From Pelagomonas calceolata (Eukaryota), in NCBI GenBank assembly GCA_918797485.1, contig CAKKNE010000005.1:2046001-2110000 (forward strand): a DNA stretch of 64,000 nucleotides, given 5' to 3'. The translations under genes and the position numbers were made by a program. Positions 22,315 to 31,438 of this stretch are shown here, piece by piece. The notes below the pieces were generated by a model, which made no database searches, had not been told where the DNA came from, and worked only from the letters and a program-made list of their open reading frames with translations. How positions within the stretch are numbered: the first letter of the stretch is position 1; each line of letters begins with the position of its first letter.

Positions 22315-23568
22315 TCACCCGCGGCGCTCGAGCGACGGGTCCACGGGCGCGCGCGCCTCCGCGTCGCGGTCGAACGTGTGCTGGATGATGGCGTTGTCGG
22401 AACCATCAGAAATTAACGTGTCCGCGGACGCGCAGAGCGACCCGATCCAGACCTTGAAGCCCTGGAAGCCGTAGAGCGCGCGCGGCTCCCTCGCCGCTGA
22501 ATCCCAGACCCGGATCGAGCCGTCGCGCGACGCCGTGCACACGATGCCGCCACACGGTGGCGCGCACATGGCCACGACGGCGTCGCCGTGCGGCGGGAGC
22601 AACCGATCGGCCTTCGTCTCCAGGATCAATTGCGACGGGTGAATCGCGAACGTGTCCACACAAAGCTTGCGTCTGACAACAGACCCGTCGGCGCCGCCCA
22701 CGAAGAGGTGGCCGTCGCTCACCAATAAGCTTCGACACCCCGCCCCCGTCGCCGTGGTGAACGGCTCGCACAGTTCCTCTCCACTATTCACGTCCAGGGC
22801 GTAGACCTCGCCATCCGAAAAGCCAACCACACAAGCGTCTCTTTCTTCGTCCAGGATGACGGTGAGCGCCGCCGCATCGTTTTTCGAGGACCAGGTCGCT
22901 TTCCACTCTTCGTCCACACAAGCGAAGCCTTGGATCGAGCCATCTAACGCGCACGCCACCAGCGTCTTGCCGTCGTCCGCTACGGCTACCGAGGACACCG
23001 TCGATCCTACCGATACATCTAGTGTAGTAACAGCTTCGAGGGTCAGCGAATCGCCCTTCGGAATAGCTTGGTGCACCTGGACCTGGCCGCCGCGCCCACC
23101 ACTGACCACAACGCGCCCGGCCATGTCGATGGCCGTGACGCCGCCGCCGTCGTAGGCGCCGTGGAGCTTTGAGAGGTCCTGGCCTTCGACCGCGCGAGGA
23201 TGCGCTTTGACGACGTCCGCTCTCGACGGTCCTTGCCCGACCCGGCAGCACCCCACGCCCCCGGACGCCGTCCCAAAAGCCACGGTGCCTCCATCAAAGG
23301 CCATGCGCCGCACCCAGTCCGACGCTGCCACCGCGACTGTGGAGGAACATCCCCCAGTGCGCCACCTTTCTAAGGTCTGCGCTCTATCGGCCTCGACGTC
23401 GGACTGCCTCGCTCGTAGCTCCTGATAGAGCGACGCCATCTCGTCGCTGTCGATGGGCTTTTCGTGTAGCCGCGTCCGTTGGAGCCGGCTGTTCTTCGGA
23501 TTGGCACGTGGCACGAGCGCGTGCGTCGCGGCTAGCGCGAGGAGGAGGGATTTGTATGTAAGCGGCAT
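22315..23568 (-). CDS. WD40-repeat protein, probably plastid-targeted
   Basis: Signal peptide (..ATHAL); WD repeats e.g. HGDAVVAM..CTASRDGSIRVWD. Confidence 0.8.
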   Translation of the reverse strand: MPLTYKSLLLALAATHALVPRANPKNSRLQRTRLHEKPIDSDEMASLYQELRARQSDVEADRAQTLERWRTGGCSSTVAVAASDWVRRMAFDGGTVAFGTASGGVGCCRVGQGPSRADVVKAHPRAVEGQDLSKLHGAYDGGGVTAIDMAGRVVVSGGRGGQVQVHQAIPKGDSLTLEAVTTLDVSVGSTVSSVAVADDGKTLVACALDGSIQGFACVDEEWKATWSSKNDAAALTVILDEERDACVVGFSDGEVYALDVNSGEELCEPFTTATGAGCRSLLVSDGHLFVGGADGSVVRRKLCVDTFAIHPSQLILETKADRLLPPHGDAVVAMCAPPCGGIVCTASRDGSIRVWDSAAREPRALYGFQGFKVWIGSLCASADTLISDGSDNAIIQHTFDRDAEARAPVDPSLERRG

Positions 23569-24232
23569 GGTTGCGGCGGTGTGCGTTATGTAGCGCGCGC
23601 GTCGTCTGGGCTTTCTGCGGCCAGCTAAAGTTCGCAGCGTGTCCGTGCGTCGGAATGGCTCGCCGCGCGTTGCGAATCGACGAGTATGAGTGTGGTTGAG
23701 ATTTTGCCGGTGCGCACACGTGGATTCTTGTGAATGGGTGCTGCCTCAGGCGCGATTTAGGTCCAGAGCTTAAATTTGCGGCCGGGCAGCGCGCGTTTTC
23801 CGGTCCGCAAGAACACCCTTGCAACGCGTCCAGGTAAGTCTCCGGACGGCTCCCGTTGGCGGTTTCGGGCATCTGCGCTTGTACTGGAACACCGCGCGCG
23901 GCGCGCGTGACAAAAAGCCGCCGGCCGTTGCGCTAACGAGACGTCCCAGGGAGACCTCTCCAGGCACGTGTCTCGACGCAGCTGCCTTCACAAGCTCCGC
24001 GCACATCAGGTGATGGCTGATGCCATTTTTGGGTGCTAAAAACACCTCCCGAGTGCTGCAAAATTGCAGCAGATTACGCCTTCGCTGCGACCTCTGGAAC
24101 CATCATTCATCGCTGCATTCGTTTCCGCGAGCGTTGCCGCAGTCCTTCGTGCCTGCACTGCCATTGCATATAGCAGTGCTGCACCAAAGCGATCGCAGCG
24201 CACCACAGCGACGCGATAGCACTCGGAAAACC

Positions 24233-25135
24233 ATGGACCGCTACGCCGTGCTCCAGCGTTTAACAGATGCGCAGAACGCTCTATTAGGAGTAGCCGCCGG
24301 CGCGATCGAGGCGGCGTCCACGCAGCCGCTGACGTACACGAAGAACTGCATCCAGCAGAAGGTCCGAGTGTCCCTAGACCCGCGCATCATGTACCGCGGC
24401 ACGCCGGCGTCGATGCTGGCGGATGGCACGCTGATCGGCGCCCAGTTCTGGGTCTGCGGGTTCCTGCAAAAATTGATAGTGAAGGGCAATCCCCGCGATT
24501 TGACGTTCGCGGAGGAGGTCGGGTCGGCCTATCTCGCTGGTTTCGCGAGTGGCGTGCCTTGTACGGTCCTGGAACTGACGATGATCCAGCAGCAGCGGTT
24601 CGGGGGGACGCTGCCGGGCACGTTGCGACGGCTTTACGAGCGGAATGGATTGTCAGGCTTGTTCCGAGGTTTTATTCCTGCGTCGCAGCGCGAAGCGTTC
24701 TTCGCGGTGGGTTATCTCGGCCTGTCGCCGCGCGTCGAACGGGTCTGCGACTCGCTGGAGATGTCGCCGACGGCGGGCGTCGCGGCCGGTTCTATTGCTT
24801 CTGGTGTATTATGTGCCGCGCTGACGCATCCTTTTGATACTTGTAAGAGCATCATCCAGGGCGACCTCGAGTGCGGCGGCCTCTCGGCGACGGCGCGAGC
24901 ATTGTACGCGGAGAACGGGATACAGGGCTTCTTCCGCGGCTACCCGGCGCGCGCGGCCATGATCTGCTGCTGTTTTTTCATCTTCAATGTTGGTGGGCGG
25001 CGTCCCTTTTTCATACGCGTGGCATCGCGCCGACGGCTCATACGGCATCGATCCGCGCAGGAGACGAAGCTGCGGCTCGGCGTGGCGCTCTTCCCCGGCC
25101 GGCTCCTCGACAAGCCACGGGAGGACGTAAAATAA
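24233..25135 (+). CDS. Mitochondrial carrier family (SLC25) protein; probable in-frame 72-nt intron 24989-25060
   Basis: P-x-(D/E/T)-x-x-K signatures (QPLTYTKN, HPFDTCKS), GLFRG/GFFRG; removing GTTGG..CCGCGCAG gives FFIFN|ETK. Confidence 0.88.
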   Translation: MDRYAVLQRLTDAQNALLGVAAGAIEAASTQPLTYTKNCIQQKVRVSLDPRIMYRGTPASMLADGTLIGAQFWVCGFLQKLIVKGNPRDLTFAEEVGSAYLAGFASGVPCTVLELTMIQQQRFGGTLPGTLRRLYERNGLSGLFRGFIPASQREAFFAVGYLGLSPRVERVCDSLEMSPTAGVAAGSIASGVLCAALTHPFDTCKSIIQGDLECGGLSATARALYAENGIQGFFRGYPARAAMICCCFFIFNVGGRRPFFIRVASRRRLIRHRSAQETKLRLGVALFPGRLLDKPREDVK

Positions 25136-25155
25136 TTCACACAAAAGGGTAGTTA

Positions 25156-25617
25156 CTAGCCGCTTGCTTCAGCTTCCTTCTTGGACTCCTGCTTCGCCTT
25201 GTAGTCGGCGATGGCGGCGTTGATCGCGTCCTCGGCGAGCATGGAGCAGTGCAGTTTTACGGGAGGCAAATTCAAGTGCGCCGCAATTTCTTTATTGGTG
25301 ATGATGGACTCGTCGCCGATGTTCCGGCCCTTGACCCATTCCGACGCGACGGACGACGACGCGATGGCGCTCCCGCACCCAAAGGTCTTGAACTTCGCAT
25401 CCACAATGTTCCCGTCGTCGTCCACTTTAATCTGCAGCTTCATGACGTCGCCGCAGGCGGGGGCGCCCACTAAGCCAGTACCAACATCTTTGGCGTCCTT
25501 GTCGAGGCTCCCGACGTTGAGGGGCTTCTCGAAGTGGTCGATGACCTCCTGGTGGTAGGGTCTCAGAACGAAACGCGTGGCGACGCGCGCGAGGGGGCGC
25601 GCTGCACAGCGGAGCAT
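25156..25617 (-). CDS. ISCU: Mitochondrial Fe-S cluster scaffold IscU
   Basis: GAPACGDVMKLQI, FKTFGCGSAIASS, LPPVKLHCSMLAEDAI; N-terminal presequence. Confidence 0.97.
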   Translation of the reverse strand: MLRCAARPLARVATRFVLRPYHQEVIDHFEKPLNVGSLDKDAKDVGTGLVGAPACGDVMKLQIKVDDDGNIVDAKFKTFGCGSAIASSSVASEWVKGRNIGDESIITNKEIAAHLNLPPVKLHCSMLAEDAINAAIADYKAKQESKKEAEASG

Positions 25618-25782
25618 GGTTTGCTCTCTTTGGCGTCAGGCGTGTCAGGGAGCGCGGCGGGCGTCCCGGCGGCTTCGCTGGCTAATCCTTAGCGATGACG
25701 GCGTACAAGTGAATCGTAATTTGCGTCAGCGCGCGCTCTACAAGCCCAGACGACGCGGAGCAAGGTGCTTTGCCCTCGGATT

Positions 25783-25806
25783 CCTAGTGCCTTACAGGCC
25801 GCTAGG
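25783..25806 (-). promoter_or_regulatory. Bipartite intergenic motif copy (variant)
   Basis: CCTAGCG-N5-TAAGGCACTAGG in the ISCU/ALG6 divergent spacer. Confidence 0.55.
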
Positions 25807-25985
25807 ATTATTGTTTGCTCTGGCGCTTTGCAAGCCGCAGCACACGGCACAAAGCATCAGAATACGCAGCGCGACGCTTGTACGCCGCCGTCACTGCCAC
25901 ATCCTCAAACAGTGCAAGAACGCGGTGCCGCAACGCCGCGCTGGGCCACAATCCGCCCACACACCTTGAGAACACAAACGCAACG

Positions 25986-27560
25986 ATGCTCCAGACGCCC
26001 CACACGCCCGAAAAGGACGCCGCCTTCGTGAGCCGCATCCGCCGCTACGACTCGACGGAGTGGGCCTCGCCGCAAGTGACGCCGACGAGCGGCGAGCGAT
26101 TGGTCGCCGCGCGCGCGCTGGGCCTGACGCCGTCGCCGCCGCGGAGCCGCAACCCGAGCCCTCCTTCACAACAACGCCAGTCGCCGTCTTTAATTTGGGC
26201 CGCCGTCGCGCTTGGTTTACTCGTGCGGCACGCGTGTTCGCTGCATCCCTACAGCGGTGAGGGCGACCCGCCGCGCTACGGCGACTACGAGGCCCACCGC
26301 CACTGGATGGAGATCACGCACCACCTCCCCTTGAACCAGTGGTACGCGTACGACACGGAGTACTGGGGCTTGGATTATCCGCCGCTGATGGCCTACATTG
26401 AAAAAATACTTGGTTTTCTATCGCATGCCTACGACCCGGCGAGCGTGGCGCTCGATTCGTCGAGAGGCTACGAAGAGATCCATCACCGCGCGTTCATGCG
26501 TTTTACGGTTTTAGTTGTTGACGCGTTGGTGGCCGTGTCGGCCTTCGTCGCCCTCGCGTGCAAGCTGGAGGCCACGACTAAAAGACGCTCATTACTGATA
26601 GCGCTCTGCGTCCTCGCGCCGGCGCCGATCCTGGTGGACCACGGCCACTTCCAGTACAACTGCCTCCCGCTCGGGCTGACGTTGTGGAGTGCTTTATTCA
26701 TCGACGACCGGCCCTGCCTCGCGTCATTCTTATTCACGCTCGCGCTCCACTCGAAGCAGACGGCGCTCTACTACGCGCCGGCCGTCTTCTGCGAATTGCT
26801 AGGACGAAACTTGGAGGTCAAGAAGATCGTCTGTTTAGGCGTGGTCGTGCTCATGACATCACTCCTACTGTGGCTCCCGCTGATCAAAGAGGGCGTCGCG
26901 TTCCAAGCCTTGCGGCGCTGCTTCCCCGTCGCGCGCGGCGTCTTCGAGGACAAGGTCGGCAACGCGTGGTACGCCGCGCAAGTGTTTCTGCGGGCGCGCG
27001 ACCGGCTCGACCAATCGTCACTCATAAAAGTCGCGGCAGTCTTGACGGCGTTGGGTTCCTTCGCGCCGTGTTTATTAAGGTGCCGCCGCGTCGCGCGGGG
27101 CCAGGACCGATCCCTAGCGAATATCTTGCGGTCGCTGCACGTCTCCGCATTGGCCTTCTTCCTCTTCTCGTACCACGTCCACGAGAAGGGGATCCTCGTG
27201 CCGCTCTACCCTTTATTACCATTGAGTTTGGCGGAGCGGGACTACGCCGCGGCGTTTTCGCTGCTATCGGCGTTCACGCTGCTGCCCTTGTTACAGTACG
27301 AGGGTTTGGCGCTTGCCTACGGCGCTTCTGTCGCTTTATACGTCCTGGCTTGGTACGATCATAAACCAAGAAGGGCGTTCGCGGCCTTCGCGGGTCTCGT
27401 GCCGCTCCATTTTGTGCCCCTCGTGGTCCCGCCGCCGGCGCGCTACCCGGACTTGTATCCGGCGCTCGTCGCGCTGTTGGGCGCGGCCGGCTTCGGCCTC
27501 GCTTATATCATGGTGGCTTTGCATGAATTGAAGCCGTGGCGGCGGGGCAAAGTGGACTAA
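25986..27560 (+). CDS. ALG6: Dolichyl-P-Glc alpha-1,3-glucosyltransferase (ALG6)
   Basis: PPRYGDYEAHRHWMEIT, YWGLDYPPL, DHGHFQYN, FPVARGVFEDKVGN, HVHEK. Confidence 0.93.
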   Translation: MLQTPHTPEKDAAFVSRIRRYDSTEWASPQVTPTSGERLVAARALGLTPSPPRSRNPSPPSQQRQSPSLIWAAVALGLLVRHACSLHPYSGEGDPPRYGDYEAHRHWMEITHHLPLNQWYAYDTEYWGLDYPPLMAYIEKILGFLSHAYDPASVALDSSRGYEEIHHRAFMRFTVLVVDALVAVSAFVALACKLEATTKRRSLLIALCVLAPAPILVDHGHFQYNCLPLGLTLWSALFIDDRPCLASFLFTLALHSKQTALYYAPAVFCELLGRNLEVKKIVCLGVVVLMTSLLLWLPLIKEGVAFQALRRCFPVARGVFEDKVGNAWYAAQVFLRARDRLDQSSLIKVAAVLTALGSFAPCLLRCRRVARGQDRSLANILRSLHVSALAFFLFSYHVHEKGILVPLYPLLPLSLAERDYAAAFSLLSAFTLLPLLQYEGLALAYGASVALYVLAWYDHKPRRAFAAFAGLVPLHFVPLVVPPPARYPDLYPALVALLGAAGFGLAYIMVALHELKPWRRGKVD

Positions 27561-27570
27561 TGATATTTAA

Positions 27571-28743
27571 TCATGCTAAACAGGCCACGGCCACGCCCCC
27601 GAGCACCGCGGCGAGCTCGAGCGGCTGCTTCCGGTCCTCGAAGGCGTCGTAGTACGCGTGGCCCGGCACGATGTTGAACTTGTGCGTCACGAAACGGTAG
27701 AGGCCCCAGCGCCCGACGAACTGGACGACGACGGGCAAGAACGCGACCGGCGTCGGCGTCGCGACGTGGCCGAAGTACGCGAGGACGGCAAAGCCTTCGA
27801 CCATGTACGGCCAGAAGAGCGACTGCTTCATGGAGAGGCGCCCGACGGGGTGCAGCAGCCAGACGTGGCCGAAGAGGAGGGCCCGCGCGAGCGCGCCCGC
27901 CGCGTCGACGTTCGACATCGTCAGGCGCCGCGCGACGTTCTCCCGAGCGGTCTCCGCCGACAGGTACAGGCTCCCGATGCGCTCGAGCCGCGGCTTGTCT
28001 TCGGCCGCCGGCGCCCGCAGCCCGGACACCTCTTTCCGCATCTCGAGCAAGACCCAGGCCGAGTAGATGATGCCGATGAGGACAAAGAGGTAGAAGGAAA
28101 CCAGCGCGACCACGAGCGCGCGTATTCGCGTCCACCGCCTGTTGCCGCTATCGACCCAGCACCAACAACCCGAGGGACCGAAGACCTGCCCGTGATGGGA
28201 CCACTGCGTCCCGAAGAGGACGCAGGCCGTCACGGCGAACGCCACCGTGCTGATGAGCGTGATGCGGCTCCCGAGCGTCCGCGCTACAGTCTCCGGCCGC
28301 TTGTGCTGGACAACAAGCTTGTGGCTCATGTAGGGCGCGAGAAAGCCCGCACATCCGACGCTCAGCAATGAAAAATACTGCTCGAACGCGCCGACGACGG
28401 AGCACGGCCATGTGGTATGTATGCCGCCCTTCCTCACGCTCGGATCGCCGTCGTCAAACAGGGCGGGACCGCTGATCAACGTGAGGGAATGGAGCAGGTA
28501 GCCCAGGGCGATTGCCGACGTCACGAGTTGCGCCACGGATTCTCTTTCCGCCTCGAGCCGTTTTTCCTTCCACCACGCCGGCAGACAGCGCTCGAACACA
28601 GCAAAAAAGTGCCACACGGCCGTGCTACCGGCCTTCGCCCGCATGTAGAGGAAGTACGTTAGGACGCCTAGCGACGCGCTGTTGAGCGTCACGGCGACGA
28701 TGAGGTACCAGAAGAGGCGCTGGGAGCCGTAGAACTGGGGCAT
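27571..28743 (-). CDS. Multi-pass membrane protein; N-terminal part resembles cAMP-receptor/Git3-like GPCRs
   Basis: Hydrophobic helices; CSVVGAFEQYFSLLS and FGPSGCWCWV loop. Confidence 0.55.
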   Translation of the reverse strand: MPQFYGSQRLFWYLIVAVTLNSASLGVLTYFLYMRAKAGSTAVWHFFAVFERCLPAWWKEKRLEAERESVAQLVTSAIALGYLLHSLTLISGPALFDDGDPSVRKGGIHTTWPCSVVGAFEQYFSLLSVGCAGFLAPYMSHKLVVQHKRPETVARTLGSRITLISTVAFAVTACVLFGTQWSHHGQVFGPSGCWCWVDSGNRRWTRIRALVVALVSFYLFVLIGIIYSAWVLLEMRKEVSGLRAPAAEDKPRLERIGSLYLSAETARENVARRLTMSNVDAAGALARALLFGHVWLLHPVGRLSMKQSLFWPYMVEGFAVLAYFGHVATPTPVAFLPVVVQFVGRWGLYRFVTHKFNIVPGHAYYDAFEDRKQPLELAAVLGGVAVACLA

Positions 28744-28952
28744 TTTCGCCGAGTATTTCGTTGGCGTCGCGCCGCGGTGTGGAATTGTCTTGCTGTGAAA
28801 AAAAGTCTGACTATACCAGTCTCAGACTGTCGCAGGGCGAAACCGGTTCGCGCTCGTACTACAGACAACAGGGCGATTGTCAGTGGTCCACGAGTATTAT
28901 CTTGTCCGCCAGTGTGGCGCCCCTGGCGCCCAGCCAATTACCGCGTCGATTA

Positions 28953-28976
28953 GCTAGCGACCTGTAACACACTAGC
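28953..28976 (+). promoter_or_regulatory. Bipartite intergenic motif copy (variant)
   Basis: GCTAGCG-N5-TAACACACTAGC. Confidence 0.6.
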
Positions 28977-29222
28977 CTACAGGCAGCTAACTTGTGCAGC
29001 TCATACGCGCCGCAGGCGTGCAGACCCAGTCTTTTAAGGCTAGCACGTATCTCGCGCACACCAGCGACTGCGGTTTGCCCTTTCTTACGAGCGGTTACGG
29101 GGCCTGAGAGGCCCTCCCGGCCTCCGAGAGCCGCCGGTGCTCGCAAATTGCCTGTCCTGTACAATTCTCGTGTGTCCGCGCTGCGCCTGTGTCAGTGCAG
29201 AATTGTAACCGCGCACGCGTCG

Positions 29223-30092
29223 ATGCTGCGCAGCACGAGCGCGCTCCTCCTCACGCGCCTCGCCACCACCACCATCCGCGCCATGGCCGCGATTGACTCG
29301 AGCGGCTGCGCGGGCGAGTGCTATGCGGACGGTACTTATCAGCGCGGTTCACGGCTTCGGCTAGGCCTCGTGCGGCATGGCGAGAGCATGAACAACGTGC
29401 ACGAGGCGCAGGGAACGTACAAGACCGGACGCGTCGCAGACCCGGAGCTCTCGCCCCGCGGACGACGGCAGGCGGAAGTCCTCGGTGCGTTTCTAGGTAA
29501 CACGTCGAAAGCTGAATACTTTGGCCTGGGCAAAATTGACGAGATCTGGGTCTCTCCCCATCGCCGCACGCTCGACACGGCGGCGCCGGCGGCGAAGGCG
29601 ACGGGCCTCGCGCCGCGCGTCTATACCGACATCTTCGAGGCCGGTGGCATCTACGACGCGAATGATGCGTACGACGCCTTCGTCGCACGAGGCGGCATGA
29701 CGCGGGCGGAGATGCAAGCGGCCCATCCCACCTACGTGCTGCCCGACGCCGTCGACGCGACGGGCTGGTACCGCGGCCCGGGCAAGGAGAGCGACGACGA
29801 GTGCCGCGCGCGCGCGAAGCGCGTCCTGGAACGCGTCCGGGCGACGGCGTCGGGACTCAAGGACAGCCGCAATGTCCTGGTGGTCGCGCATTACGACTTC
29901 ATCTCCGCGTTCCTCGACGCGGTCCTGGTCCCCGGGACGACGGGCGAGTTCGCGCGGTGGCGGCACCACAACACTGCAGTCACTGTGGTAGACATAGAAC
30001 AGGCTACCGGCGAGGTGGCGTTCATGAAGGTCAACGCCGCGCCACACATCTACGAGGCCGACGAGGGGCTACTCTCGGGGTTTCCCCTGTAG
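29223..30092 (+). CDS. Histidine phosphatase / phosphoglycerate mutase superfamily protein
   Basis: LVRHGES, LSPRGRRQA, VSPHRRTLDT, VVAH. Confidence 0.9.
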   Translation: MLRSTSALLLTRLATTTIRAMAAIDSSGCAGECYADGTYQRGSRLRLGLVRHGESMNNVHEAQGTYKTGRVADPELSPRGRRQAEVLGAFLGNTSKAEYFGLGKIDEIWVSPHRRTLDTAAPAAKATGLAPRVYTDIFEAGGIYDANDAYDAFVARGGMTRAEMQAAHPTYVLPDAVDATGWYRGPGKESDDECRARAKRVLERVRATASGLKDSRNVLVVAHYDFISAFLDAVLVPGTTGEFARWRHHNTAVTVVDIEQATGEVAFMKVNAAPHIYEADEGLLSGFPL

Positions 30093-30168
30093 TCAGCTAT
30101 CGGAGGCGCTGACGGTGCATTAGTGTTAATTCAAGCAAGTTCTTATGTCATTTTTTTTTTCGCGCGTG

Positions 30169-31065
30169 TTACGTCATTGTGGCCAGGTGAAAGTCGTCAT
30201 CAGACGAGTCCGAGGAGTCGTCCGAGTCGCGGATGTTGTCGAAGCGCGAGTAGTCGTTCGCGTAGCGCTGCTGCTGCGACGCCAGGAGCCGGTGGGCCGT
30301 GGCGGGTGACGGCGGCGGCGGCGGGAGCGTCTCTTGCGTTTCAGATTCCGGCGGCTCAAACCAGTCGTAGCGCGCGAGGTGGAGGATGTAGAGGACACAA
30401 TCAGTGGGCAAACCGCCCCAGCCCATCGTCAGCGCGTAAAAGGCCGCGACGACGCCTCTGCGAAACGTCGGGTCGAAGCGCGTGTGCGCCGCGGGCACCG
30501 GCCGCCACAGCACGTAGCGCGCCCCGTAGGACAGCTTGCCCACAAAGGCCCGCCGCCGCCGCCAGGGCGAGCCCCACCACGGCCCGTCGGCGCCGAAGGG
30601 GTCCGGTGAGAGATGAGCTAACCCGGGAAAGACTCTTATATAGTCATCCTCGTGGCAGATCTCATCCCTCTGATTATCGTAGACGACGCCGTCGTCGCCC
30701 TGGTCCGCCGAGTGGACGTACAAGCCATACGTCTTGCCCGGGAGCAGTACGAGGGGCGGCTCGAGCTTGAGCGACGTAAAGTCGCGCCACGACGCGTTCA
30801 CGTGCCGCGAGAAGGCTTGCGTCCACGCCGCGGGCTTCTCTTCGACGCCTCTCCTGCCGCCCTCGACGCACCAGACGCTCATCTGGCCGAGCCCGCCTCT
30901 TACATGAATCGAATCCACGACCAAGGCCTGCACCGGGCGCCTGTCCAGTACTTCCACATCGAACATGACGCCGTTGAAGGTGTGGTCCTCGTGGTCTTCC
31001 GTCTCGACGGTGTAGCTGTCATGCACGAGGTAATCAGCTTGTTTCTTGAGGAGGAGGGCGGACAT
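30169..31065 (-). CDS. Conserved-looking hypothetical protein
   Basis: 298-aa ORF with globular beta-rich composition (TFNGVMFDV, YGLYVHS); family not recognised. Confidence 0.6.
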   Translation of the reverse strand: MSALLLKKQADYLVHDSYTVETEDHEDHTFNGVMFDVEVLDRRPVQALVVDSIHVRGGLGQMSVWCVEGGRRGVEEKPAAWTQAFSRHVNASWRDFTSLKLEPPLVLLPGKTYGLYVHSADQGDDGVVYDNQRDEICHEDDYIRVFPGLAHLSPDPFGADGPWWGSPWRRRRAFVGKLSYGARYVLWRPVPAAHTRFDPTFRRGVVAAFYALTMGWGGLPTDCVLYILHLARYDWFEPPESETQETLPPPPPSPATAHRLLASQQQRYANDYSRFDNIRDSDDSSDSSDDDFHLATMT

Positions 31066-31296
31066 GGCTTTAGAGTCCTACTTACGCGAGAGAGGAGTCG
31101 TCCCAATCTACTGATATGGCTGCCGGAGAAGCCACTGACGCTGGAGGCTTTTTGGGCCCCTGGTCGGCTCGGGGGTTTCGCCGAGCTTGGCGGCTGCGGG
31201 TGGATGCTATGAGGAGCTGCGCTGAAAATTGCCTGGGGTCTTCGGCCTCTCGAGTGGCCCGGATGCAGCTGCTAAACCACCTGGCTTCGCAGAGCT

Positions 31297-31320
31297 GCTA
31301 GTATCTTACAGGACGCTAGC
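31297..31320 (-). promoter_or_regulatory. Bipartite intergenic motif copy (variant)
   Basis: GCTAGCG-N5-TAAGATACTAGC. Confidence 0.6.
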
Positions 31321-31438
31321 ACAAATTCCATAAAGTGCTTTCGGTCGCGTTTGCACCACTGCTAAACGCTACTCGCAAATATTACTGCGCAGCGTGATGC
31401 CTAGTACGATGCCTAGCAGCACTGCACAACCCTAGATC

